Shown: in pieces, positions 1-8,738 of the stretch
Position numbering within the stretch: position 1 is the first letter of the stretch
How the letters are laid out: every line of letters begins with the position of its first letter
Assembly: GCA_043827025.1 (NCBI GenBank)
Contig: JBDRPL010000019.1
Span: 40,359-104,358, forward strand
From: Candidatus Micrarchaeota archaeon
Lineage (GTDB): Archaea; Micrarchaeota; Micrarchaeia; Anstonellales; Bilamarchaeaceae
Direction of reading: 5' to 3'
DNA length: 64,000 nucleotides
Notes under the pieces: generated by a model
Told to the model about the DNA's origin: nothing
The model's database searches: none
The model's input: the letters and a program-made list of their open reading frames with translations, nothing else
Translations under genes and position numbers: made by a program

Positions 1-21
1 GACAGGTGTTCAATACTAAAC

Positions 22-474
22 TCATACTTCAAAATAAGTCTTAAATTTCTCAGTCAGTGTGAGTTTCGAAGTTCTTCCTTCTTTTCTTTGCCTTATGAAT
101 CCGTTTTCTACAAGTTCCCGTACATCATCATAAATCTGCGGACCTATTTTTTTGACCAGGTCGGACTTGAGCATTTCATTGTGTTTTGAAAGATATGCAA
201 GGGTCCTCAATGCATTTTTGCTTATCTCTGTTTCTTTGGCGAATTGTTTCACCTTTTCAATGTGTTCCCCCTTTATTTTCATCACGTATTTTCCATCTAC
301 CTCTGAGATTTCTATGGCACTTCCTCTTTCTTCATAGTCTTTCTTGAGTTCCTGGATGGCGTTCTGCAGGTATCCTACTGCGCCTATGCCTGTGAGTGTC
401 TTGAATTCCTCGACCCCCATGGCCCTTGAGCTTAGGAAAAGGGCAGCCTCTATCATTTTTTTTTCATCGCTCAT
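22..474 (-). CDS. scpB: SMC-Scp complex subunit ScpB
   Basis: IEAALF N-terminal motif, ALRTLAYL second winged helix, LTEKFKTYF C-terminus typical of ScpB. Confidence 0.9.
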   Translation of the reverse strand: MSDEKKMIEAALFLSSRAMGVEEFKTLTGIGAVGYLQNAIQELKKDYEERGSAIEISEVDGKYVMKIKGEHIEKVKQFAKETEISKNALRTLAYLSKHNEMLKSDLVKKIGPQIYDDVRELVENGFIRQRKEGRTSKLTLTEKFKTYFEV

Positions 475-992
475 TTTTTTAACCCCAAATATGTTATGAG
501 TTCTCCAGTGTGGTTTACTTCGTCAATATTCTTTTTGTCAACAAGTGCTTTTAATATCTTCCCAATGGTTTTTTTCACGTTTCTTTTTGAAGTGTCAATC
601 TCGACTATGCAATTATATTTCTGTGTACTGTTTATGGAACAATAATCAAGAAGTTCGGCCATGGCATTTTCCTCGATTTTCTTTTTTGAATAGCCTCTTT
701 TCTTCAACCTTTTTCGGAGCTCCTTGATTTTGGTTCTCAAGACAAACACTATGTCAAGGCTTATCCTTACTTCGCAGAGCAGGTGCCCTTCTATGACGAA
801 ATCCTTCTTTTTGGCAACTTCTTTTTTGATTTCTTTTTCAAGTTTTTTTGTATCCACTTCTATCCCGGAAACAAGTTTCTTTTTTCTGGCAAGTTTTTTT
901 ATGTCAATTAGTTCACATCCAAGTTTAGTAGCCAGTAATTTCGCAAGCGTTGTTTTTCCGCATCCAGGAGTCCCAGCAATCCCAATCTTCAA
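471..992 (-). CDS. Archaeal adenylate kinase / AK6 (Fap7)-like NMP kinase
   Basis: Walker A GTPGCGKTT, IEGHL motif, RLKKRGYSKKKIEEN; TTG start; overlaps scpB by 4 nt. Confidence 0.85.
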   Translation of the reverse strand: MKIGIAGTPGCGKTTLAKLLATKLGCELIDIKKLARKKKLVSGIEVDTKKLEKEIKKEVAKKKDFVIEGHLLCEVRISLDIVFVLRTKIKELRKRLKKRGYSKKKIEENAMAELLDYCSINSTQKYNCIVEIDTSKRNVKKTIGKILKALVDKKNIDEVNHTGELITYLGLKK

Positions 993-1005
993 TCAATCGA
1001 CCTTT

Positions 1006-1329
1006 TCAGAGCTTTTTTGCCAATGCTGCAAGATATTTCTTTGCAAGGTTCAGGGTTTCCTGGCCTTTTGCAGTCATCTTGTAGTATTTTCTTCTTTCTT
1101 TGAATGTTGATTCTATTATTTTTTCGCCTTCAAGTTTGTAAAGCACAAGGTATATCATAACTCTGCCAGGTTTGAAGCCGAATTTCAATTCGATATCAGT
1201 TACAAGTGAATATGCATAAACTTCTTTTTTTGATTTTATGAGCGAAAGGATGTAAAGCCATATATTTCCCACTGTAAGTGCCTGCCTCAGCCGTTTGGCA
1301 GGCAGGGCATCTTGGCGATTCATTTTCAT
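1006..1329 (-). CDS. PadR-family transcriptional regulator
   Basis: LYILSLI...YAYSL...YLVLYKLEGEKII...RRKYYKMTAKG; start moved to ATG 1329, which overlaps the upstream stop (ATGA). Confidence 0.85.
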   Translation of the reverse strand: MKMNRQDALPAKRLRQALTVGNIWLYILSLIKSKKEVYAYSLVTDIELKFGFKPGRVMIYLVLYKLEGEKIIESTFKERRKYYKMTAKGQETLNLAKKYLAALAKKL

Positions 1330-2564
1330 CCTTCCTGCGATTGTTTCGTATAATATACGCACATATCTCGTTCAGCAAATGTTTCTATTTTGTTGCATAT
1401 GCTTGGATCTTTTTGAGTTCTTGCTACAGATGTGTAACATTGGTTTCTCCAGTCATCTGCTGCAACTCCGTCACAATCGCTGACTTCTTTGACGTCCTGT
1501 CGTATTATCGTAGCTTCATAGCACTGTATTTTGTGAGGTACACTCGCAAGGTTTTCGCAGATTTCAGGTTTTGTGTACTTTTTCGCTACGTCGAAATAGC
1601 AGTTATTCCTTGAAATCTGGGCATAGGTTTGGTCTATCAGATTGCAGCCTTCAATGTTGTTTGTTTCAAGTGCATAATTCGCATAGCAATTCCATCTCCT
1701 GTTTTCATCTATATCTATATTTGCGCATATTTTTGGGTTATTATCATTCACTGCAAAATAATAGTAGCAGTCGTATGCAAATTGGTTGCCTGGCGCGCTT
1801 ATCTTTCCGCATAGGTAATTCTCATTTGTTTTTGTTGCATACATCTGATAACAATAATCTCTTTTTGAAACAGTAGTAATCTCTTTGCAGACGTCTTTGT
1901 CTTCTACTATGCTTTTGCATGCGCCAACTTTGCTTGCATCCTCCATCTCATCGCATGCTTCTGATGATTTGTATTTTGATATATATTCAAAAATGCAATC
2001 TTCGTTTCCTTCGCAGTAGCGATAATCTTTTTTATCGAGCGCCATGCACGTATTTTTCGGTTCGGCTTCTCCATAAAAGCAGGGATCTATGGATAATATA
2101 CACTCCCTTCTATCTCCGTTTTCTAGGTTATTGCATGGTTCTATGGACGAGCCTTCCTTGGCAAGCTTGTATATGCAGCTCTTTTTCACTTCATACTCAG
2201 AAACAAGTGCGCATGCTTCCAATACTTTTCCAGAAAGTGCCTTGTAGCAGATTTCTTTATTCGTATCGTTGAGCCTGCTGCATTCTTCTACGTCGCTCTG
2301 TGCTATTGCATTTTGCAATTTGCAGACTTCATCGCAGAAATATGTAGTATCCCTTTCGTTTATTATTATAGTCACATTTTCTACTCCATTGCCGTTTTTC
2401 GAGCCGTTTGGTATGATCAGGAATGCTATGGCTATGGACATTACAGCTATGGCGCAGATTATTGCAATTGCCATCCAAGGTGATTTTTTTTCCTTCGTAG
2501 GAGGTATTGATGCGTGTCCAGTATCCTTCTTATGCTGCCTTGGGATGTATCCTTTATCGTCCAT
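1326..2564 (-). CDS. Membrane-anchored protein with tandem Cys-containing helical repeats
   Basis: One N-terminal TM helix (WMAIAIICAIAVMSIAIAFLII) followed by repeated C-x(7-10)-CY-x3-A units. Confidence 0.75.
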   Translation of the reverse strand: MDDKGYIPRQHKKDTGHASIPPTKEKKSPWMAIAIICAIAVMSIAIAFLIIPNGSKNGNGVENVTIIINERDTTYFCDEVCKLQNAIAQSDVEECSRLNDTNKEICYKALSGKVLEACALVSEYEVKKSCIYKLAKEGSSIEPCNNLENGDRRECILSIDPCFYGEAEPKNTCMALDKKDYRYCEGNEDCIFEYISKYKSSEACDEMEDASKVGACKSIVEDKDVCKEITTVSKRDYCYQMYATKTNENYLCGKISAPGNQFAYDCYYYFAVNDNNPKICANIDIDENRRWNCYANYALETNNIEGCNLIDQTYAQISRNNCYFDVAKKYTKPEICENLASVPHKIQCYEATIIRQDVKEVSDCDGVAADDWRNQCYTSVARTQKDPSICNKIETFAERDMCVYYTKQSQEG

Positions 2565-2807
2565 GGGCTACCTAACTAAGTTAAAATTTATATATTCAAC
2601 CGTCCGAAACATCCGGATATCATGTTTGTTTTTACACTTTTGTGTTTATGTGATTCACTCGGAAAAAGTTTGGTATTTAAACAGTGGTGGTGTAGTCTAT
2701 TTCCTTTTGAAAAAAAGTAGAGGTGGGGGGTGAGATGGAGCCTTTGGGTGTACCATCTTGCCTCAAAAAGCTTTTTGTGTCATTGAATTTTTTGGTGATT
2801 TCTGTTT

Positions 2808-3692
2808 TTATTCCAGGTGCTGAATTATAGCAGTTCCAGGCGCAAGTTGTATAAGCTGGGCTATATGATCCCGCCCTGAGCCTAAAAGCATGCCCTGCCA
2901 GATGATCTGCGGAGTAGACACATATTCTTTTATAAGATTAAGATATGCCTGTGCATGTCGGTCAAAATCCACATTAGCCACTCCTTTTGCAAGGATTTCC
3001 TGGATCGTATCAAGGATAGGGTGCTGGAATTCCGTTGCTTCTACGATTACGTCACAATTCCTTTCCCTGAGCATATGGGCCAAAGCTACTTGCATCGAAT
3101 CCCTAACCACAATCCCGAACCCATCTTCAGGAACTGTATTAATTATATATTCTGCACTGAGCGCAGACCTGACCATGCTTGCTTCACAATAATTAAGAAC
3201 TACAAGCATTGCGTAATATACTGATTCTGGAGATGAAGGCGATTTGAGAAGGAGTTGTGTGGCATTCCCCATCTCATCTTCCAATTCAAAACTTCTTGCA
3301 TCGTGCGGTTCGCCAATAATCTGTATTCTTCCTGGATTTTCTTCATTTACAGTGTGAACTAGGTTTCCGCATCCATATGGGATATTTTGCGAATGAGGGT
3401 TGTTTGAGATGAGCGTTCTTTCCAGTTGTGAGGCTTCTGATTCTGTGACAAACCTTAATTTCTCTTCAAGTGTAAGATTTCTCCAGGACATATCCCTTTC
3501 TGTTCCGTGTTGCCACATGGCACCTATACGTGTTAATTCCAATCGGGCAAGGGGTGGTTTTTCAATAAATAATCCGAAATTGCCCTGCATTTCCCTAACC
3601 GTTGCCTCTAGTTGTTTCCTTACAAATCCAGATTCTTGTGTTACATATTCTCTTGCGAATACCAGTTTTATCGTTCTTGTCATTATCATCAC
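2808..3692 (-). CDS. Hypothetical (orphan) protein
   Basis: 294-aa ORF filling the gap, divergent from tuf; no recognisable motif; exact start uncertain. Confidence 0.7.
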   Translation of the reverse strand: MMIMTRTIKLVFAREYVTQESGFVRKQLEATVREMQGNFGLFIEKPPLARLELTRIGAMWQHGTERDMSWRNLTLEEKLRFVTESEASQLERTLISNNPHSQNIPYGCGNLVHTVNEENPGRIQIIGEPHDARSFELEDEMGNATQLLLKSPSSPESVYYAMLVVLNYCEASMVRSALSAEYIINTVPEDGFGIVVRDSMQVALAHMLRERNCDVIVEATEFQHPILDTIQEILAKGVANVDFDRHAQAYLNLIKEYVSTPQIIWQGMLLGSGRDHIAQLIQLAPGTAIIQHLE

Positions 3693-3753
3693 TTGTGGTA
3701 GAACCTAGAAACATATCGAAAGATTCATAAGGTTACTTAATCTGAAGGATAGG

Positions 3754-3761
3754 TTTAAAAA
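3754..3761 (+). promoter_or_regulatory. TATA box for the tuf leader transcript
   Basis: TTTAAAAA preceded by purine-rich GAAGGATAGG (BRE-like), about 25 nt before the first leader hairpin. Confidence 0.6.
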
Positions 3762-3784
3762 CTAATTTGTGTAAGAGAGTTATG

Positions 3785-3951
3785 CTTTTTTCTATAGAGA
3801 AAAGTCGATACAGTGATCCATATGGATCACTTATTCTCATGCTGCGATTGTCACAACGATCACGGGCACAAAAGAAACAGATCGCTGTTTCTTTACGTCC
3901 AACATCTGAAAAGTTAGTTGGATGAGAATGGCAGTACGCTAGCAGTATTGC
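3785..3951 (+). ncRNA. Putative structured 5' leader RNA of EF-1alpha
   Basis: Consecutive inverted repeats: 3785-3804, perfect 20-bp palindrome 3812-3831, 3833-3840/3922-3929, 3846-3861, 3871-3894, 3899-3921, 3931-3951; SD AAGGAGG at 3964-3970. Confidence 0.6.
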
Positions 3952-3978
3952 AAATGTTATATTAAGGAGGTTATTTGA

Positions 3979-5262
3979 ATGGCAGAAAAAGAACACTTGA
4001 ATCTTGTATTTATTGGACATGTCGACGCAGGTAAGTCGACATCAGTTGGTAGGATCCTGTACGAAACAGGCGCAGTCTCAGAACAGGCTTTGAAAAAGCT
4101 GAAGGATGAAGCTGCAAAGGTCGGTAAGGCGACTTTTGAATTCGCATTCGTCATGGATGAATTGGCAGAAGAAAGAAAGAGAGGTGTCACAATCGATGTT
4201 GCACACAGGGAATTCAATACTTCCAAGTATTACTTTACAATCATTGATGCACCAGGACACAGAGATTTCGTCAAGAACATGATCACAGGTACAAGCCAGG
4301 CAGATGCAGCAGTCTTGGTAATCTCTGCAAAAGACGGAGTACAGCCACAGACAAAGGAGCACGCATTCTTGGCAAAGGTTCTTGGTATTTCTCAGTTGAT
4401 TGTGAATATCAACAAGATGGATGCAGTTAACTACAGCCAGGACGAATTCAACAAGGTAAAAGGCGAAGTTGAAAAGCTCTTGAAAGGCATTGGTTACAAG
4501 ATAGAAACCGTTGCTATTATTCCATGTTCAAGTTATGGTGGAGACAACATCACAAAGAAATCTCCTAATATGCCTTGGTATACCGGTCCAACATTAATCG
4601 AATTGTTCGATAAGTTGACAGTTCCTCCAAAATTAGACAACCTTGCTTTGAGAATGCCGATACAGGAAGTCTTTTCTATTACAGGACACGGCGTTGTTCC
4701 AGTAGGAAGAGTTGAGACGGGTATCTTGAAGCCAGGTATGGCTATTTGTTTCATGCCAAGCGGAAAGAAGTCTGAAGTTAAGAAAATCGAGATGCACCAC
4801 CAGGAACTAAAAGAAGCAAAAAGCGGTGACAATGTTGGTTTCAACGTAAAAGGCGTTGAAAAGGCAGATGTAAAGAGGGGAGATGTTATTGGCCCTGCAG
4901 ACAAGCCACCAACAGTTGCAGCTGAATTCACAGCACAGATTGTGGTTCTTAATCATCCAACAGCACTTTCAGTAGGTTACACGCCTGTGTTTCACATTCA
5001 CACTGCACAATTCGCAGGAAGAGTGGTGGAGATCATAGAAAAGAAGGATCCTAAGACAGGCCAGCCTACAAAAGAAAATCTTGATTTCATCAAGACGGGT
5101 GAAGCTGCAGTCATAAGGGTTCAGCCTATGAAACCTGTTGTTATTGAGAAATTCAGCGAGTTCAGGCCTCTTGGAAGATTCGCAATCAGAGACATGGGTC
5201 AGACTGTCGCAGCAGGCGTAGTCTTGAGCGTAACTCCGAAAGTAATGGAAGAGAAGAAGTAG
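3979..5262 (+). CDS. tuf: Translation elongation factor EF-1alpha
   Basis: [53 protein letters not shown]. Confidence 0.99.
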   Translation: MAEKEHLNLVFIGHVDAGKSTSVGRILYETGAVSEQALKKLKDEAAKVGKATFEFAFVMDELAEERKRGVTIDVAHREFNTSKYYFTIIDAPGHRDFVKNMITGTSQADAAVLVISAKDGVQPQTKEHAFLAKVLGISQLIVNINKMDAVNYSQDEFNKVKGEVEKLLKGIGYKIETVAIIPCSSYGGDNITKKSPNMPWYTGPTLIELFDKLTVPPKLDNLALRMPIQEVFSITGHGVVPVGRVETGILKPGMAICFMPSGKKSEVKKIEMHHQELKEAKSGDNVGFNVKGVEKADVKRGDVIGPADKPPTVAAEFTAQIVVLNHPTALSVGYTPVFHIHTAQFAGRVVEIIEKKDPKTGQPTKENLDFIKTGEAAVIRVQPMKPVVIEKFSEFRPLGRFAIRDMGQTVAAGVVLSVTPKVMEEKK

Positions 5263-5317
5263 TTTCTTCTATTTTCTTATTTTTATTTTATTTTATTTCT
5301 CTGTTTTTTGTATTTTC
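5263..5317 (+). terminator. Oligo(T)-rich archaeal terminator region
   Basis: Long run of T tracts directly after the tuf stop codon. Confidence 0.55.
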
Positions 5318-5377
5318 GAATTCTATCCAAGCCAATAAATCTACTATTTTTAACCCTTTTGCAACAAACACCATATA

Positions 5378-6691
5378 GTGTTTTATATGTTCAGTACTGT
5401 AGCTGATGTTTTATCTGGAAAAATGGAAGGCAAAGAGGTTCATCTTAGGGGATGGATACACAGGCACAGGATTGGAGGGGCAGGTTCACTTGTTTTTGCA
5501 GTAATTCGCGATTCGACAGGAGTAGTCCAGGTTGCAATCAAAAAAGAAAATGTTGATGAGAAATCGTTCAAGGATGCAAGCGAAGCCTATGTCGAATCTT
5601 CTGTATTTCTGTCTGGGAAAGCTGTCAAAGACGCAAGGGCGCCAGGAGGATATGAAATACAGGCAAGGGAATTCGAAACCGTTTGCAGAGGCGAACCATT
5701 CCCTGTTGCAAAAGATCTTTCGGAAGAATATCTTCTGGACATAAGGCATCTTTGGCTAAGGAGCCAGAAGCTTACCAAGACGATGCAGATAAGAAGCACA
5801 GTGGTTTATGCTATCCACGAGTTTTTCCAGAAACGCAGTTATACTTTGTTCGATCCGCCAATATTTACTCCAAATGCATGCGAAGGCGGGGCAACACTGT
5901 TTGAGGTAAAATATTTTGATACTAAAATGTACCTTACTCAATCGTGGCAGCTTTATGCAGAAGCTGCTATTTTTGCACTTGGAAAGATATACGATGTTGC
6001 ACCTACCTTCAGGGCTGAGAAGAGCAAGACCTCCAGGCATCTGGCTGAGTTTTGGATGGCTGAGATGGAAGCTCCGTGGATGGAGCTGAAAGAGGTTACA
6101 GAGGTTGCAAAAGATGAGATCAAGTTTATTGTCGAGAAAGTCCTTGAAAAACATACAGAAGACCTTAAGTTCTTGGGAAGGGATGTGGAAAAATTGAAGA
6201 AAGCAATATCAAAACCATTTCCAACAATCAAATATTCTGAAGTATTGAAGATGTTGAAGGAAAAAGACAACCTGGAAGTAGCTTGGGGCAAGGATCTTCG
6301 GACAATCGAAGAGGAGAAGATTATGACTCATTTCGATACTCCTATTGTAGTGACTCATTATCCAAAAGAAATAATGGCATTTTACAAGCCTGTTGACCCC
6401 AAGAATCCAAAGGAGGCGCTTTGCTTTGACATGCTTGCTCCGGAAGGCTTTGGGGAAATTGTGGGTGGAAGCCAGAGATGCATTGACATCAAGGAAATCG
6501 AAAAAGGACTCAAGAAAGAAGGCGAGAACATCGAAAATTACCAATGGTATCTTGACCTTAGAAAGTATGGTTCCGTTCCCCATTCCGGCTATGGAGTTGG
6601 AGTCGAACGGGTAGTGAGATGGATCTGCGGTTCTGAAAATATAAAAGATGCGATTGCATTCCCGCGGACAATGGCAAGGTTTAAGCCATGA
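5378..6691 (+). CDS. asnS: Asparagine--tRNA ligase
   Basis: LRGWIHR OB fold, LLDIRHLWLRS, CEGGATLF, YLTQSWQLYAE, FRAEKSKTSRHLAEFW, WYLDLRKYGSVPHSGYGVGVER; start may be ATG 5387. Confidence 0.95.
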   Translation: MFYMFSTVADVLSGKMEGKEVHLRGWIHRHRIGGAGSLVFAVIRDSTGVVQVAIKKENVDEKSFKDASEAYVESSVFLSGKAVKDARAPGGYEIQAREFETVCRGEPFPVAKDLSEEYLLDIRHLWLRSQKLTKTMQIRSTVVYAIHEFFQKRSYTLFDPPIFTPNACEGGATLFEVKYFDTKMYLTQSWQLYAEAAIFALGKIYDVAPTFRAEKSKTSRHLAEFWMAEMEAPWMELKEVTEVAKDEIKFIVEKVLEKHTEDLKFLGRDVEKLKKAISKPFPTIKYSEVLKMLKEKDNLEVAWGKDLRTIEEEKIMTHFDTPIVVTHYPKEIMAFYKPVDPKNPKEALCFDMLAPEGFGEIVGGSQRCIDIKEIEKGLKKEGENIENYQWYLDLRKYGSVPHSGYGVGVERVVRWICGSENIKDAIAFPRTMARFKP

Positions 6692-6769
6692 TTTTTTTGA
6701 CTATTCAAAAAAGTTTTGTTAACTGTTGTGACAGTTATTTTTAAATTTAACCACTTATTATTCTAGGTT

Positions 6770-8449
6770 ATGGCCCAATTAGCAATCAGACGCATTCAGC
6801 CTCACGACCTGCCAGATTCAAGCTTTGGTGGAAAAGCATTTGGTATGAGAAAATTGGCAGTTTGGCTGCCAGATCTTCAGAATGCAGTAGGTAAGGTCAA
6901 TCCAAGTGCAAGTGTTTTTGTTCCTGCCACTATTGAAATTCCTGTTGAGGGTTGCAGATCATTTATCCTTGGTCATCAGAAGGTCTTGAGAAGCCTTCGT
7001 GATGCTAAGGATGATGAGCTTTTTTCTATAATGCAAAGCCATAAATTATCTGCAGTAACTGGACTTTCATGGTTACTTAATGGTCTTAAGGCAGAGCTTG
7101 CCCAGGATCCTTTTGCAAATGCATCTGCATTGGCCATTCGCTCAAGTGCAATTGGTGAAGACAGTGCAAAGGATCCAAGGGCAGGCATTTATTCGACTGT
7201 TTCAATGGCTTTGCCGCAAGGGACTCCTAAAGACAGATTAAAGGCAGTGCTTGATGGCGTAAAAGGTGTTTGGGCATCTTTTTTCAGTCAGCTTGCCAGA
7301 ACGTATGTGGGTAATGAGCATGAGATTTGGACTCCTGGAGAGGGAGGCATGGGTGTCATCATCCAGCCAATAGTTGGTTCTCGCTTTTCTACAGATGGGG
7401 CGCAATTTTTTGCACCGCATTGCGCAGGCCAGTTTTGTTCAGTCGATCCTTATATAAAATTATTTTCCAATCCAGTTGTAAGTCTTGTTTTTGGGCATGG
7501 AACTACAGTTGTTGATGGTGAAGTAATCCCACAGACACTTCACCTGGTTGACAAAACAGGCAATAACCAAGAAGGAATAGATCAACCATTTGCTCGCGCA
7601 ATTGATCTTTCAGTTGTTGATGGGTCAGATGCGCTCAGGAGAATTCATCTTATGGGAAACCTTCGAACAATTCTGTCACAAGATCCTGGTTTTGAACTGG
7701 CTCTTGAATACAGTTCACCTAAGCTCGGCAAGGCACCATACGTTAACATTAAGAGATTGCTTTCATTAGGCATAGAAGGTGTGCTGTTTGCAATTCACAA
7801 TAAACTAAGGTCTTTCATGGATGGCTCAGTTGATGTGGAATTCGCATTAATGTCTGGAAAAGAACCTGGAAATTGGGAGATACATTTGGTTCAGGTAAGG
7901 CGTGATGTAACCGTTGATGCTTCAAGCCAAATGGTCCTGCCTGCAGAATCCGGAGCAATTGAATCCAGCGTTTTCGTAGGTCACGGAATTAATGAAGGAA
8001 TACGAAAGATAGTTGTTTTAGATGAAAACACAATTCCGAATCAGCAATTCTGGGATTCATTAAGGAAACTGAACGAATTAGCTTCTGGAGATGGCGCACT
8101 ACTTATTACCTCGGGAATTGCAGGCACCTCTAACCCTAAGCTTGGCATTCCATTTAATTTTACCCATGTTTCCCATTTTTCATGCATACTCGAAGGCAAG
8201 AGAAATGGCAAAGTGATTGCCTCATCTCCTGCAACTCATTTTCTGAGAGGCTTGATTTCAAAGAAAATAGTTTTTGGTTGTGTTGATGGTGACAGAGGAG
8301 CAGTTGATCTTGAACAGATTAAGCAGAGTTCATCGCATATTGAAAGAGTAGGGCAGTACATAACTGTTTATACGTTGGAAATTCCAGCAACACTTTACGC
8401 AAACAAGAATCTTGAGTTTGGACCGGTAAGGCTTTCGCTGCAGCTCTAG
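6770..8449 (+). CDS. PEP synthase/PPDK N-terminal ATP-grasp domain protein with a C-terminal phosphohistidine-like segment
   Basis: GGKAFG, AIRSSAIGEDS, AGIYST, MGVIIQPIVG, GHGTTVVDG, DVEFA, LVQVR motifs; SSPATHF near the C-terminus; no PEP/pyruvate TIM-barrel domain. Confidence 0.75.
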   Translation: MAQLAIRRIQPHDLPDSSFGGKAFGMRKLAVWLPDLQNAVGKVNPSASVFVPATIEIPVEGCRSFILGHQKVLRSLRDAKDDELFSIMQSHKLSAVTGLSWLLNGLKAELAQDPFANASALAIRSSAIGEDSAKDPRAGIYSTVSMALPQGTPKDRLKAVLDGVKGVWASFFSQLARTYVGNEHEIWTPGEGGMGVIIQPIVGSRFSTDGAQFFAPHCAGQFCSVDPYIKLFSNPVVSLVFGHGTTVVDGEVIPQTLHLVDKTGNNQEGIDQPFARAIDLSVVDGSDALRRIHLMGNLRTILSQDPGFELALEYSSPKLGKAPYVNIKRLLSLGIEGVLFAIHNKLRSFMDGSVDVEFALMSGKEPGNWEIHLVQVRRDVTVDASSQMVLPAESGAIESSVFVGHGINEGIRKIVVLDENTIPNQQFWDSLRKLNELASGDGALLITSGIAGTSNPKLGIPFNFTHVSHFSCILEGKRNGKVIASSPATHFLRGLISKKIVFGCVDGDRGAVDLEQIKQSSSHIERVGQYITVYTLEIPATLYANKNLEFGPVRLSLQL

Positions 8450-8469
8450 GTACTTAGAAAAAGAACATA

Positions 8470-8680
8470 CGCCCCCGTCGGGGATTTCGCTTCGTTTTTT
8501 GGTGCCGGTTTTTAGGCATCCCGAAAAAGCGGCTTCGAACCCGAGTCGGAAGAGGACTGTAAACCTTGGAAAGAGTTGTTTGATGAAACGTTTTCCAAAA
8601 AGTTTCTGACAGTCTCCTATGCTAACCACTGTGTGCTTTGAGTATCTCTAAAAGTACTCAAAACTCTACACTACAGGGGC
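8470..8680 (-). tRNA. tRNA-Asp(GUC) with three introns (8665-8629, 8606-8555, 8533-8484)
   Basis: Spliced 72-nt product GCCCCTG TA GTGT AGTGGTTA GCAT A GGAGA CTGTCAC TCTTC CGAC TCGGG TTCGAAC CCCGA CGGGGGC G folds into a full cloverleaf; each intron has a 4-bp central helix followed by 3-nt bulge segments; CCA not encoded. Confidence 0.92.
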
Positions 8681-8738
8681 GTAGAAACAAAATTATGACT
8701 CATTAGTTTTATAAATCTATTTTTCGAAGTTACTCTCT

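Noticed and set aside
2655..2730. ORB-like motifs (TTCC-N4-GAAA followed by a G string) suggesting a replication origin
   Set aside because: Poor match, no clear repeated or inverted ORB copies, and no orc1/cdc6 gene in the window.
3782..3925. 47-codon ORF spanning the tuf leader
   Set aside because: No recognisable protein features, and the dense base pairing explains the region better. A leaderless uORF cannot be excluded without ribosome profiling.
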